Positions 10,066 through 19,642 of a stretch of DNA of 64,000 nucleotides are shown here, piece by piece. Every line of letters starts with the position of its first letter. The stretch's first letter is position 1. A model generated the notes under the pieces. It did no database searches. It saw nothing but the letters and a program-made list of their open reading frames with translations, and had not been told where the DNA came from. A program made the translations under genes and the position numbers. This DNA comes from a virus: positions 3,740 through 67,739 of the IMG/VR virus record IMGVR_UViG_3300032053_007880. One strand, 5' to 3'.

Positions 10066-10989
10066 TTAAACTGCAATTGGAATTTCCAGTTTTGGACCAC
10101 TGACAAAATCTGTAATCTCAAAATCTTCTAGCTTGTAACTGAAAATGTCAGCAGCTTTGTTGATTTTGAGCTTTGGAGAATCAAGCTCAGGCAATTGAAG
10201 ATACTCTTCCATGGCCTGAATCTGGTCTCCATAAACGTGACTGTCTGCTGTCATGTGAACAAACTCATGAGCCGTACAGTCGGTTTGTTGTGCGATCATC
10301 ATCGTGAGAGCACTGTAAAACTGGATGTTCGCTGGAACGCCAACAGGGAAATCACAGCTTCTCTGATACATGATGCCGGTCAAACGACGATCATCATCCA
10401 CCAAGACTTGATAGAGCATGTGGCACGGCGGCAGACGCATCTTTGCCACATCCTGTGGATTCCACAGGGTCCAGAGTGTACGACGACAGGAAGAGTCTTC
10501 CTTGATCCGGTTGACAACCCATGCGAGTTGATCGAAGCCACCTGCTCCGTAAACAGAATCACCCTTCAAATTTGCTTCTTGATTAGGGCAACATGTTTCT
10601 GTTGTTCCTGATTTGCCGCCAATGCCATTCCCATATTCGCCGCCGAAATGACGAAGCTGGAAGCCATAGACCGGGCCAAAAGTATTCTCGGAGAATCCGT
10701 TCTTCTTCTCCCATTCATGATCAACCCAAGGAGTCCAAAAATTGCAACCGACCTTCTTCAGATCTTCGTTGTTGGTGCTGCCTGAGAGAAACCACAGAAG
10801 TTCTGCAAAAACCGACTTCGGCCAGACCTTGCGGCGAGTCAGGATGGGGAAATAATCTGTATCCAATCGGTATCTGTTACACATTCCGAAAATGGATTTT
10901 GTCTTGATGTTGGTCCTCTTGTTTGTTCGGTCTGCTCCTGTTTCAAGGATTTGTTGCAGAGCAATATCGTAAGGCTTCATCAAATTCAT
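10066..10989 (-). CDS. thyA: Thymidylate synthase
   Basis: ELLWFLSG, GPVYGFQLR, LPPCH, YQRSCD..VGVPAN, HVY; ATG after AAGGAAG. Confidence 0.96.
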   Translation of the reverse strand: MNLMKPYDIALQQILETGADRTNKRTNIKTKSIFGMCNRYRLDTDYFPILTRRKVWPKSVFAELLWFLSGSTNNEDLKKVGCNFWTPWVDHEWEKKNGFSENTFGPVYGFQLRHFGGEYGNGIGGKSGTTETCCPNQEANLKGDSVYGAGGFDQLAWVVNRIKEDSSCRRTLWTLWNPQDVAKMRLPPCHMLYQVLVDDDRRLTGIMYQRSCDFPVGVPANIQFYSALTMMIAQQTDCTAHEFVHMTADSHVYGDQIQAMEEYLQLPELDSPKLKINKAADIFSYKLEDFEITDFVSGPKLEIPIAV

Positions 10990-11009
10990 CGTGACTTCCT
11001 TGTGTGATT

Positions 11010-11146
11010 TTTGGACCAAAATAAAAAGAGACTTCCTCGTTACGCATTGGCATCATAAATCTTGCTGTTCCTCTTAGTCGTTTCGCCAAACGCAACAGTC
11101 GGTGTCTCAAACCGCCAGCGGGGTGCCGCTGAGTTCTGCCTATTAG
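11010..11146 (-). ncRNA. Candidate structured 5' leader of thyA-folA
   Basis: Hairpins CAGCGG/CCGCUG and CGGU/ACCG, long stem GUUGCGU-UUGGC/GCCAA-GCGUAAC, GAGAC/GUCUC pairing before a U tract. Confidence 0.45.
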
Positions 11147-11152
11147 CCTGAA

Positions 11153-11181
11153 AGCTTAACTAAACTGGGTTTTCAAGTCAA
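11153..11181 (-). promoter_or_regulatory. Sigma70-type promoter for thyA-folA
   Basis: TTGACT-N17-TAAGCT. Confidence 0.6.
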
Positions 11182-11197
11182 CAGACTATTTTATTGG

Positions 11198-11866
11198 ATG
11201 ATTACAGAAAGCGGAAACAACCTGTCTGTATTGATTACCACAGAAACTGGGCAAGACTGGCAAACCTTCGCTACTTGGTACTCAATCTACAAAAACCTGC
11301 CAAATGCCAAAGTTGCTATCAGTTGTGCTAGAAACTCAGAAACACCGTTTCAATATTTCCAGTGGACAAAGCGAATCAACGTGCCTGTGATAAGACACAG
11401 CCCGTTTGATACAGAAAATCCTATTGCCTCTCGATTGGATTCCATAGGTAAAGCAATTTCACAAAAAATCATTGAAGGGCCAGTCTTGGTCGTCAAAGAA
11501 CTTATTATGACGATTGACGTTTTAGATCAGAAACTGTTAGAACAACTTAATTCCAGTTCACAAATATTCGATAATGATGTATGGTTTCTGAAACAACCTA
11601 ACATACCAGAAATGATGAATTCATTTTTGTTAGACGGAGATACGATCAAAGTACAGGAAAAAAGCCTGTGTTCTGAGGCTAAAGATTCAGAAGAAATAAG
11701 ATCAATTGTATCGTATCGTAAAGGATGCGGCAAATGGATAGATAGACTGAAAGGTTGTCCGTTTTCAAATGCCAATGGGTTAATGACAGCAGATATGACA
11801 TCGAGTGAGAATAGAATCATTGAATTGTGGAAGAAAATGTGTACCCTTTACAGCGTGGTTGTTTGA
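11198..11866 (+). CDS. Hypothetical protein (possibly glycosyltransferase-fold)
   Basis: 222 aa ORF, no decisive motif. Confidence 0.6.
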   Translation: MITESGNNLSVLITTETGQDWQTFATWYSIYKNLPNAKVAISCARNSETPFQYFQWTKRINVPVIRHSPFDTENPIASRLDSIGKAISQKIIEGPVLVVKELIMTIDVLDQKLLEQLNSSSQIFDNDVWFLKQPNIPEMMNSFLLDGDTIKVQEKSLCSEAKDSEEIRSIVSYRKGCGKWIDRLKGCPFSNANGLMTADMTSSENRIIELWKKMCTLYSVVV

Positions 11867-11873
11867 GGTTTTT

Positions 11874-12230
11874 ATGGATAGATTTTTCAACGAAGATCCC
11901 GAGAATGAAAAGCCATTTTTTAGTAATGATGACGATGATGATGATGACGACGATGACGATGAAGATTTTTATGAACTAGAAGACGGTACAATTGCCTTTC
12001 TTCAAAACTCAGACATTCTTCAAGCAATGCACCTCGGAATGGCTCAAAATGAACTTAAATATCACTTGCTAGACAAAGCAATAAAGATAGCTGAAAGTTA
12101 TTGGCTTTGGAGATTCAAAAGCTCTGCTTCTAAACTAAAAGAAATTTCAGTCATTTATCAAAGCTTAAAGACAATTACAGAAGATCATCCAGAGCCTCCA
12201 GAGGTTTCAGAAGAAAACACAAAGGCATAA
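11874..12230 (+). CDS. Hypothetical protein with poly-Asp tract
   Basis: GAGG RBS before MDRFFNED; GAT/GAC run encodes the acidic tract. Confidence 0.65.
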   Translation: MDRFFNEDPENEKPFFSNDDDDDDDDDDDEDFYELEDGTIAFLQNSDILQAMHLGMAQNELKYHLLDKAIKIAESYWLWRFKSSASKLKEISVIYQSLKTITEDHPEPPEVSEENTKA

Positions 12231-12251
12231 CTCATATATCGTGGAGGAAAC

Positions 12252-12620
12252 ATGCCACTATATGAATTCGAATGCAAAAAGTGCAAAATCAATTACGATG
12301 CTTTAGCCATCTTTGATGAAACTGGTAAGTACAAAGACGTTGTTTGTCCAGAATGTGGATCTAAAAGAAAGAACAAATTGATGTCAGCATCACACTTTGC
12401 TTTTGCAAATCCAGAAGGAACTGATCGCTGGAATAGCGGATCAAGCGGACACGACTACCGGTTCAAGCACAATATCCCAAAAGTCAAACAAGAACGCAAA
12501 ATGGCTGAAGCTCTGTCCCACATGGGAACAGACCCATACGGCGGCGGAGACATGCTAGCAGACGACATTGAAATGGACACAGGAGTTCATGATGCCGAAA
12601 CAAGAAAAGGTTTGTCTTAA
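12252..12620 (+). CDS. FmdB family zinc-ribbon protein
   Basis: MPLYEFECKKC...CPECGS...KLMS. Confidence 0.85.
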   Translation: MPLYEFECKKCKINYDALAIFDETGKYKDVVCPECGSKRKNKLMSASHFAFANPEGTDRWNSGSSGHDYRFKHNIPKVKQERKMAEALSHMGTDPYGGGDMLADDIEMDTGVHDAETRKGLS

Positions 12621-13141
12621 TGGAAACACGCCTTGATCTGGCTCCTTTGCTTTCTGGTGTTGGAGTTGAAATTGGCGTTGGTTCCGGGTGCTTTTCCAGA
12701 TATCTATTGGAAAACAGCAAGCTATCGCTTCTCTTCTCTGTAGACCCATGGTCTATGGAATATCCGGGGTTTTTAAGCGAAGAACACGCTCAAGCATGTT
12801 ACAACGCAACATGCAGTGCTCTTGCAAAATTTAGCCGCCATTCTGTTATTGTGCGACAAGCAGCAGAACTATTTGTTGAAATCATTAACAATAACAGCAT
12901 AGATTTTGTCTATATTGATTCTTCTCACACATACGAAGAAACATTTTTACAGATGAAACTTTGGTGGCCAAAGATAAAAAGCGGAGGAATATTGTCTGGA
13001 CACGACTACAGCAATGGACCACAAATTCAACAAGCAGTAGCTGAATTTTGTGAATTGCACCAGTTGATTTTTGAAACGACAATCAATGACAGAACAACAA
13101 ATGAATATGTTGTAAACAGTTGGATTATCTACAAGCCATAA
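12620..13141 (+). CDS. Class I SAM-dependent methyltransferase (Methyltransf_24-like)
   Basis: GVEIGVGSG, SVDPW, IDFVYIDSSHTYE, GGILSGHDY. Confidence 0.88.
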   Translation: METRLDLAPLLSGVGVEIGVGSGCFSRYLLENSKLSLLFSVDPWSMEYPGFLSEEHAQACYNATCSALAKFSRHSVIVRQAAELFVEIINNNSIDFVYIDSSHTYEETFLQMKLWWPKIKSGGILSGHDYSNGPQIQQAVAEFCELHQLIFETTINDRTTNEYVVNSWIIYKP

Positions 13142-13317
13142 TCTTCTTTGACTTGAGGCTGTTCCAGAGGCTTCTTTTTCTTACGATCCTCTTTCCAACT
13201 GCCCCATTCCATCGGCCACATACGACGAACCATTGGCAATGTCATTCTGCTGAATCCAGCAATGCAACTGGTAGATGTGCCAACCTCTTGAATCTGCATC
13301 CACTCCTTAAACTTCAT
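13129..13317 (-). CDS. Small protein with capsid-targeting-like N-terminus
   Basis: Starts MKFKEWMQIQE; coupled to upstream ORF. Confidence 0.6.
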   Translation of the reverse strand: MKFKEWMQIQEVGTSTSCIAGFSRMTLPMVRRMWPMEWGSWKEDRKKKKPLEQPQVKEDYGL

Positions 13318-13874
13318 TACATTCCTCCAATTGGAGGCATTCCGCCAGCCAAAGGACCGCCCGGAGGTGCTCCTCCGCCCATTGGTGGGCCTCCACCCAT
13401 GCCGCCAGCACCAGCAGCGGCAGCTTCATACGGTGGAACCATTAGATCTGCTAGCTCTTCTTTATTCATCATGACTGTCTTGTTTTCAACTGGACCTTCA
13501 TAATAAGTTGGCCGCTCACCATCTTTGTAGGGCAGCATCATTTTTCTCTTACTGGACTGCTGTAACATGAATGTTACTTTGTACTGACCGTTTCCATCTT
13601 CCTTGACCAAAGCTTGAACTGGCGGTTGGACTCTAAATCCCCAGCCATAATCCGGCACTTTGTAAAGGGTTTGCGGTCCTGCAAAGGCAGTTTTCATGGC
13701 TTGATCATCAATATCAAGCTCATCCTGTAGTTTGTCAAAATGGTACTTGTTTGTCTTGGTTCCACCACCTTGAGGATCAGTTGGAACCGGAGCAGACGGA
13801 GTAGGAGCCGCATCTTCTTCACGAAGACGAAAGTTAAACGGCTTGGCTTTTACAAATTCTCTAAATCGTAGCAT
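13317..13874 (-). CDS. Hypothetical protein with Gly/Pro-rich C-terminus (putative virion protein)
   Basis: Likely start MLRFREFV with ATACATA 7 nt upstream. Confidence 0.65.
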   Translation of the reverse strand: MLRFREFVKAKPFNFRLREEDAAPTPSAPVPTDPQGGGTKTNKYHFDKLQDELDIDDQAMKTAFAGPQTLYKVPDYGWGFRVQPPVQALVKEDGNGQYKVTFMLQQSSKRKMMLPYKDGERPTYYEGPVENKTVMMNKEELADLMVPPYEAAAAGAGGMGGGPPMGGGAPPGGPLAGGMPPIGGM

Positions 13875-13947
13875 TGTATGGTATGTATCATGACGATCAT
13901 GAAATCTCATATTGAAAAATTTACACAATTGATGTCTACATACGGAT

Positions 13948-14826
13948 GTGATGCTAAACAAAAAACAACGTGAAATAATCATCGGATCATTGCTCGGAGA
14001 CGGAAGTCTTACGAAGGTTTATGGAAATGGCAACAGTGCATTTAGAGACGCACACTGTCCAGCACAACTGAATTACTTAAAATGGAAGCATCTGACACTT
14101 GAACCATTTTCATTGCCATTAAAAGTCGAAAAAAGAGCGACGATTAAAGGGTTCAACAAATCAACAAATAGCCCAATTATGGACAAAAACACAAAATCTG
14201 ATGTATGGGTAATGAGAACTCTTTCATCACCAGAGATTAAAGAGTTAGAGAAACAGTGGTACTTAAGAGATGAAGCCGGAAATTACAAATTCTACAAAAA
14301 CAGAAGAATTAAGATAGTACCAGAAGATATTGTGCTTACTCCATTGTCGCTAACAGTTTGGTTTTTGGACGATGGGTCAAATCTTTACAATGGTAACAGT
14401 AAATACAAAAGCAGAAATGCTGTATTCCACACACTTGGATTCACGTTTGATGAATGTGAGATATTGTCATATAAAATAAAGCAACTCGGACTACCTGCAT
14501 GTGGAGTGAGACAAAATAAAGGAAAACCAGAAATTGTCATATACTCAAATTCTTATAAAGACTTCATGGACATGGTGAATAAACATAATGAAATAGAGGA
14601 TATGAGGTACAAGACAAAATCTGAAAATTACACAGAGCCTAATAAAAAACACAGTGCAAAACTAAGTAAAAAAAATGTTCTTGAGGTGATATCTCTACAT
14701 AATGCTGGCAGGAAACAAAAAGATATCAGCATTATGTTTGATGTCAGTACAGCGACAATTTGCAATATCATAAACGGAACAAACTGGTCTGATATTACTG
14801 GAATTATAAAATCAAATGAAATTTAA
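13948..14826 (+). CDS. LAGLIDADG homing endonuclease with C-terminal HTH
   Basis: IIIGSLLGDGSL and LTPLSLTVWFLDDGS motifs; C-terminal QKDISIMFDVSTATICNI helix-turn-helix. Confidence 0.9.
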   Translation: MMLNKKQREIIIGSLLGDGSLTKVYGNGNSAFRDAHCPAQLNYLKWKHLTLEPFSLPLKVEKRATIKGFNKSTNSPIMDKNTKSDVWVMRTLSSPEIKELEKQWYLRDEAGNYKFYKNRRIKIVPEDIVLTPLSLTVWFLDDGSNLYNGNSKYKSRNAVFHTLGFTFDECEILSYKIKQLGLPACGVRQNKGKPEIVIYSNSYKDFMDMVNKHNEIEDMRYKTKSENYTEPNKKHSAKLSKKNVLEVISLHNAGRKQKDISIMFDVSTATICNIINGTNWSDITGIIKSNEI

Positions 14827-15259
14827 GAAATGGATGATTACAGAAAATGAGGTTGACAGCAGAGTCAACGAACTCATCGCCCCCTTCGTGTTCTTTTTTA
14901 AGAAGGGAAAAGACATTTTTGGGGCCGGAGAAGACAGTCGAGTTGTCTTCGCAAAAATGAAACATCCAGATGATGATCTGCCTTCTGGGTGGAAAGAAGA
15001 AGCAAATTTTTCCGCTCATAATTTGCAAAGATCAGTAATTGGAGATCCTTCCCAAAACATATTCAGCCACAAAGATTTGAAAAAGATCAAAATCTTAGAT
15101 AAAGAAGCGGTCTCAGAACTGCTTCACAAAGAAGTCGAAAAACTTGGAGAAAAAGCTTTCCCCAAACAAAAGAAAACATTCAATCTTATTGATTTTTCTC
15201 GATTCTTAAAAAGAGACCCAGATGATGCTCCAAATTTCACAAGAGCAGACGAGGAATAA
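14816..15259 (+). CDS. Hypothetical protein with capsid-targeting-like N-terminus
   Basis: Starts MKFKKWMITENE. Confidence 0.65.
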   Translation: MKFKKWMITENEVDSRVNELIAPFVFFFKKGKDIFGAGEDSRVVFAKMKHPDDDLPSGWKEEANFSAHNLQRSVIGDPSQNIFSHKDLKKIKILDKEAVSELLHKEVEKLGEKAFPKQKKTFNLIDFSRFLKRDPDDAPNFTRADEE

Positions 15260-15646
15260 ATGCCATCACTACTTGAACTACAAGATCTATACAATGAAGC
15301 CTTGGTGCGTGAGCTTATTGAAAAAACAAAGTCGTGCGGTATGACATGGACTCATGTGGGTGGATTCCAATTCCATTCCACAGAAACAGATTCAATCACT
15401 TTGTTGGACTGGGATTTCTACATCACCAAGACCCCAATTGGCAACACATCGGCAAAATGGACTCTTGACATCAAAAAAGATTCCGTGGCTTACATCTCAA
15501 TCGAGGAAGGTCCACTTCCAAGAACTGGCCGCAGCAGTTTGACTCAAGAGCTTTATGAAATCGTAGAATTGATCGTATTGCAGCTAGATGCCAAGCTCAA
15601 AGAAACAATTCAATTTGTACAAAATCTGCCTATTTGCCGAGATTAA
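15260..15646 (+). CDS. Hypothetical protein, ELIxKTKxC..W paralog family
   Basis: Shares ELIEKTKSCGMTW domain with ORFs at 18410 and 19639. Confidence 0.65.
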   Translation: MPSLLELQDLYNEALVRELIEKTKSCGMTWTHVGGFQFHSTETDSITLLDWDFYITKTPIGNTSAKWTLDIKKDSVAYISIEEGPLPRTGRSSLTQELYEIVELIVLQLDAKLKETIQFVQNLPICRD

Positions 15647-15654
15647 GGAAAGTA

Positions 15655-16338
15655 ATGTCAAAATTGTTTGAAGATGCTGGCAAATCAAGTTCCAGAAAAT
15701 GGCAGTGCTTTGTGTGCGGCAGAAATTATGACGATTTCGCCACATACAAAGAACACATCATTGGAACCCATGAAGAAGGCAGAGAATTCATAAAGTGCCC
15801 TGATTGCGATGCTCCAGTCCGTGATCTTACAACGCACTACAAAGCCAAGCATCCCAAAAGAATTATGCCTAAAGGCGTCCAAACTCGTGTAGCAATATGG
15901 CGAGACTTCAGTTCTAATGGTGGAAAGAAGAAGACCACGAAAAAAGTTTCATTCCGCACAGGAACATTCACATCAAGAAAAAGCGGTTGTGATATTCCTT
16001 ACAGATCAGGAATGGAATGCGAATTCTATGAACTTTTAGAATCTGATCGTGATGTGGCTAACTTCGTTGCCGAACCATTCAAAGTCCCATATTATTACCA
16101 AGGAGCTTGGCACGACTATATTCCAGACATCCGGGTAAACTTTATTGACGGAAGTACGGAAATATGGGAGATTAAACCTGCCAACCAGACAGCTTATGAA
16201 CAAAACAGAGCAAAATGGGGATCTATGAATGATCATGCTATGACTCATGGATGGCAATTTGCCGTTCAAACTGAAGTCGGGCTTGGCAAGCTTAAATCCA
16301 AAGTAAAAAAGCAGCAAGAACAAATTATAAAAGATTGA
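15655..16338 (+). CDS. TnsA-like (PD-(D/E)XK) endonuclease with two C2H2 zinc fingers
   Basis: CFVC..H..H and CPDC..H..H, then YRSGME, EPFKVPY, YIPDIRV, EIKP (TnsA N-terminal / T4 gp4-like fold). Confidence 0.82.
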   Translation: MSKLFEDAGKSSSRKWQCFVCGRNYDDFATYKEHIIGTHEEGREFIKCPDCDAPVRDLTTHYKAKHPKRIMPKGVQTRVAIWRDFSSNGGKKKTTKKVSFRTGTFTSRKSGCDIPYRSGMECEFYELLESDRDVANFVAEPFKVPYYYQGAWHDYIPDIRVNFIDGSTEIWEIKPANQTAYEQNRAKWGSMNDHAMTHGWQFAVQTEVGLGKLKSKVKKQQEQIIKD

Positions 16339-16380
16339 CTATATTAACCGGGTGAGTTTATCACAGAAAGGGTTTGAAGG

Positions 16381-16896
16381 ATGGTCAAACACATTGCGTT
16401 CCTGAGATGGATGTTGATTGCGGCAGTCACATCGGTAGGAGCATACTTTTGTAACAGTTTTGGACTGTTTGCCGAAATCATGGACAAAGACTGGTCTTAC
16501 ATTAGCGTAAGTATTGCAGTCGTATTTGTCCTTACCTCAATCTGGTGTGGTATCAAGACATTTGTCTTAAGCCATCACGTCAATCGCACAGAGATTCTAG
16601 GAATCCCCGTCAACGTCTCCAAGACAAGAAACCTTGAAGAAGTCGGATGGTTCATCGCAGAACAATTCACAGTCTGGGGATTTATTGGAACTGTTGTTGG
16701 TATCGTGTATGCCCTCAAAGGATTTGTTGGAATTGACGTAGCTGATAGCGTAGCTGTTCAGAAATTGATTTCTGGTCTAGTTTACGGTATGTCCACAGCA
16801 CTCTATACAACATTGGCCGGATTGGTGTGCAGCTTCTTATTGAAGCTTCAATACATCAACTTGGGACACACCAGAAGGATGGCAGAAAATGAATAA
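16381..16896 (+). CDS. MotA/TolQ/ExbB proton channel family protein
   Basis: Multiple TM helices; GFIGTVVGI and GMSTALYTTLAGL signatures. Confidence 0.85.
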   Translation: MVKHIAFLRWMLIAAVTSVGAYFCNSFGLFAEIMDKDWSYISVSIAVVFVLTSIWCGIKTFVLSHHVNRTEILGIPVNVSKTRNLEEVGWFIAEQFTVWGFIGTVVGIVYALKGFVGIDVADSVAVQKLISGLVYGMSTALYTTLAGLVCSFLLKLQYINLGHTRRMAENE

Positions 16897-17563
16897 AGAT
16901 CAATATGGCCCCGGTATTGCCATGACAGACTTGTCTACAAATCTGTTGGGCATATTCATCTGCTTGTTCATGCTATCCTTCTTGATGATGAGCAAGAAGA
17001 TCGAAGAAAAGAATAACAAGGTTGAATCCAAAGCAGAATTCTTGATCACAGTCACATGGGATAAAGATTCTGACAATGACGTAGACACCTATGTTGAAGA
17101 TCCTCTTGGAAATCTTGTGTTTTTCAGAGCCAGAGAACAAGGACTCATGCACCTTGATCGAGATGATATCGGCAAGAACAATGACCGAATCACTATGGCT
17201 GACGGCAAGGCTTTTGAAGTTAAAGAAAACAGAGAAACATTAACCATTCGAGGCATCGTTCCCGGAGAGTATGTGGTTAACGTACACATGTATACCAAAA
17301 GAGACAAAGAAGATTTGTGTCCAGTCACTGTCAAGCTTGAAAAGATCAATCCTTCTCTTAAAACTTCAAACATCAAAGAGGTTGTGTTAGGCAAACTTGG
17401 AGACGAAAAAACAGCCTTTAGATTTACGCTTGATAAAACCGGCGATGTCACCAGCATCAACGAATTGATCAAGGATTTGGCTCGTTCACAAGTTCAAACA
17501 AATGTGGAGTACCCACAGTATGTACCGCCAGAAAACCCAGAGAACCCGGAGGCAACACGATGA
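16889..17563 (+). CDS. ExbD/TolR/MotB-like partner with soluble YfaP-like domain
   Basis: Single N-terminal TM with Asp (MTDLSTNLL); DVDTYVEDP..LDRDD..ETLTIRG..PGEYVVNVHMY; overlaps the ExbB-like gene. Confidence 0.65.
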   Translation: MNKDQYGPGIAMTDLSTNLLGIFICLFMLSFLMMSKKIEEKNNKVESKAEFLITVTWDKDSDNDVDTYVEDPLGNLVFFRAREQGLMHLDRDDIGKNNDRITMADGKAFEVKENRETLTIRGIVPGEYVVNVHMYTKRDKEDLCPVTVKLEKINPSLKTSNIKEVVLGKLGDEKTAFRFTLDKTGDVTSINELIKDLARSQVQTNVEYPQYVPPENPENPEATR

Positions 17564-18168
17564 TAGAAACATTCGCAATTCCTTTAACATTCATCATTCT
17601 GGCTTCTTTGGCCTTGTGGATCATCATTGGTTCCAAAGGCTGGTGGATTCTTAAAGCATTCGCTGTCGTGTTTGCTTGTGGATTCTCAATTTTGTTGTGG
17701 AAATCGTTAGATGAACTTCAAGGTTGGCCGACAACTGATTCCATCCCAAACAAATTTGAAATCAAATGGGTTGTTGTAGATGAGCCAAACAAAAAGACTG
17801 GATCTGATGGTTCAATCTATGTCTGGCTCAAAGACATCGAACCAGCTAAAGCCAACCATTCTTGGTATCTGACAAGCAAGCACAAAAACATCAATGATGA
17901 ACCAAGATTACACAAAACTCCTTACACAAAAAACGGCCATGAACAAGCCATGAAAATCCAAGAAAAAATTGGAAAAGGCGAAAAGGCTTATGGCCAGAAA
18001 AAAGGTAAAGGCATGGGTGAAGGTGGCGAAGGCGGTGATGGCAAAGGTCCAAAAGGACAAGGCCAAGGCAAGGGCAAAGGTGGCGGCGGCATGACAGAAA
18101 ACGCCGACGAGTTTAATCTTTATGAGTTGCCGCCTCCGAGTTATCCTCAGAAGCTTCTGGAGGAGTAG
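17560..18168 (+). CDS. Membrane protein with Gly-rich and Pro-rich C-terminus
   Basis: Two N-terminal TM helices; ATGA overlap with previous gene. Confidence 0.65.
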   Translation: MIETFAIPLTFIILASLALWIIIGSKGWWILKAFAVVFACGFSILLWKSLDELQGWPTTDSIPNKFEIKWVVVDEPNKKTGSDGSIYVWLKDIEPAKANHSWYLTSKHKNINDEPRLHKTPYTKNGHEQAMKIQEKIGKGEKAYGQKKGKGMGEGGEGGDGKGPKGQGQGKGKGGGGMTENADEFNLYELPPPSYPQKLLEE

Positions 18169-18397
18169 CCTGATTCTCCATGATTTTTTGAAAGAAGAGA
18201 AGCATCTGCTTCTCTTCTTTCATTGATAGAATCGCTCCAGCTTGCTCTTGATAGCCTTTGTATTCCTCTGGAGTAATCAATCCCTTTTGATGAAGAAGAG
18301 TCTTGAGAGCCAAATTCTCTACCAACAAAAACTTGATCATGTTGGCGTTGACGTAGTAAGCGTTCGAAGCCGCTTTTAGAATGTCTGATTTTTCCAT
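18113..18397 (-). CDS. Hypothetical protein
   Basis: 94 aa ORF. Confidence 0.5.
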   Translation of the reverse strand: MEKSDILKAASNAYYVNANMIKFLLVENLALKTLLHQKGLITPEEYKGYQEQAGAILSMKEEKQMLLFFQKIMENQATPPEASEDNSEAATHKD

Positions 18398-18409
18398 TCT
18401 CTAATATAG

Positions 18410-19642
18410 TTAAGCCGATCCAAGACCTGTTCTTCTCAACAAATCACTAGACAGATATTGTAAATTTGCACCTTCTGAATCTGTGCTGACAACATAATTG
18501 ATTCCAATATCTGACATGTAAATTGTGCTTCCATAGACAGTAATCGAATCAAGAATTGACAGTCCTGCTGTTGGAAAAAACTCTTGCCCTCCACCTCCAA
18601 GATTTGTTCTTGCAAAAAGACCTACACCAGCAAGGTACAGATAATCTCCCCACACAAATAGAGCCCTGACATATCCAGTAGTTGACATCAATGTCATAAC
18701 TCCAGAACCATCAAAATTGGCTCGATGAACATACCCTTCTGTCAAACCAAAGTTGTCACACCAATACACATATTCATGCGTTGTGTCGATGCAGATTGAC
18801 GTTGGAGAACAAATGTAAGTGTTCCCATCTGATACAGAGACAATATTGCTTCCATCGTAATCACATCTTCTTACGTCGTACACCGTATTACTGTTCGACC
18901 CAGACAGTATTTGTTGTATGTAATAAATGTGATGATTAAAGACATCTAATGCTATTGCATTCACTTTATCATAGGTTGGCAACGAAAGAACAGTGGCAAC
19001 TCCAGTTCCATTCAAATTACAAGAATAAAGAACACAACCGCTAGGTCTTCCGCCGTTCTGCTCATTTTGTGTCCAAAAAATCTTACCATAAGCTGTATCT
19101 GCCGCCACATCATCTATATTGTATCGACCAGTCAATATAGTGTTGATTTGGAATGAGTCTAACATGGCTTGTAAACTTCCTCCAGCGGTATCTGGAGCAG
19201 CCATGTACAATATCGGTTGAGCAGCATGGACAACTGAAACAACGCCAGATCCACCTACTAAAACTCCGCCATCTTCATCATTAGCTGATTGTTTTGGCAC
19301 GATAGTACAAGGAGCCAAAGTATTGAGATCCTGAATGATCTCTTTAATTGTCTGATACTTCATCGTATCTGTGATCACGTAATACAAACTTTGTACTTGA
19401 TCGTTTGTGTAAGAATTCAGATTGAATACTTTTCTCTTGTTTCTTACAACATCCAACACGTAACCATATTGAGTCTGAGTCGTGTAAACATCATACCAAT
19501 CATTCTTCCACAAAAACGCCGAAGAATAAGTTGTGTAAGATATCTGATCCCAAGTGATCGCACATCGTTTTGTTTTGTCGATCAATTCAGCGACAATGAT
19601 GTCTGGCTGCAACGATAGTAATTCAAGCAAATTATCTGTCAT
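18410..19642 (-). CDS. Putative structural protein: paralog domain plus YWTD-type beta-propeller
   Basis: N-terminal ELIDKTKRCAITW domain; repeats IFWTQ, IYYIQ, VYWCD, IYMSD with xDGS/xNGT turns (LDLR class B-like). Confidence 0.7.
   Translation of the reverse strand: MTDNLLELLSLQPDIIVAELIDKTKRCAITWDQISYTTYSSAFLWKNDWYDVYTTQTQYGYVLDVVRNKRKVFNLNSYTNDQVQSLYYVITDTMKYQTIKEIIQDLNTLAPCTIVPKQSANDEDGGVLVGGSGVVSVVHAAQPILYMAAPDTAGGSLQAMLDSFQINTILTGRYNIDDVAADTAYGKIFWTQNEQNGGRPSGCVLYSCNLNGTGVATVLSLPTYDKVNAIALDVFNHHIYYIQQILSGSNSNTVYDVRRCDYDGSNIVSVSDGNTYICSPTSICIDTTHEYVYWCDNFGLTEGYVHRANFDGSGVMTLMSTTGYVRALFVWGDYLYLAGVGLFARTNLGGGGQEFFPTAGLSILDSITVYGSTIYMSDIGINYVVSTDSEGANLQYLSSDLLRRTGLGSA

Noticed and set aside
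11925-11965. GAT/GAC trinucleotide repeat
   Set aside because: Simply encodes a poly-Asp tract; not an array.
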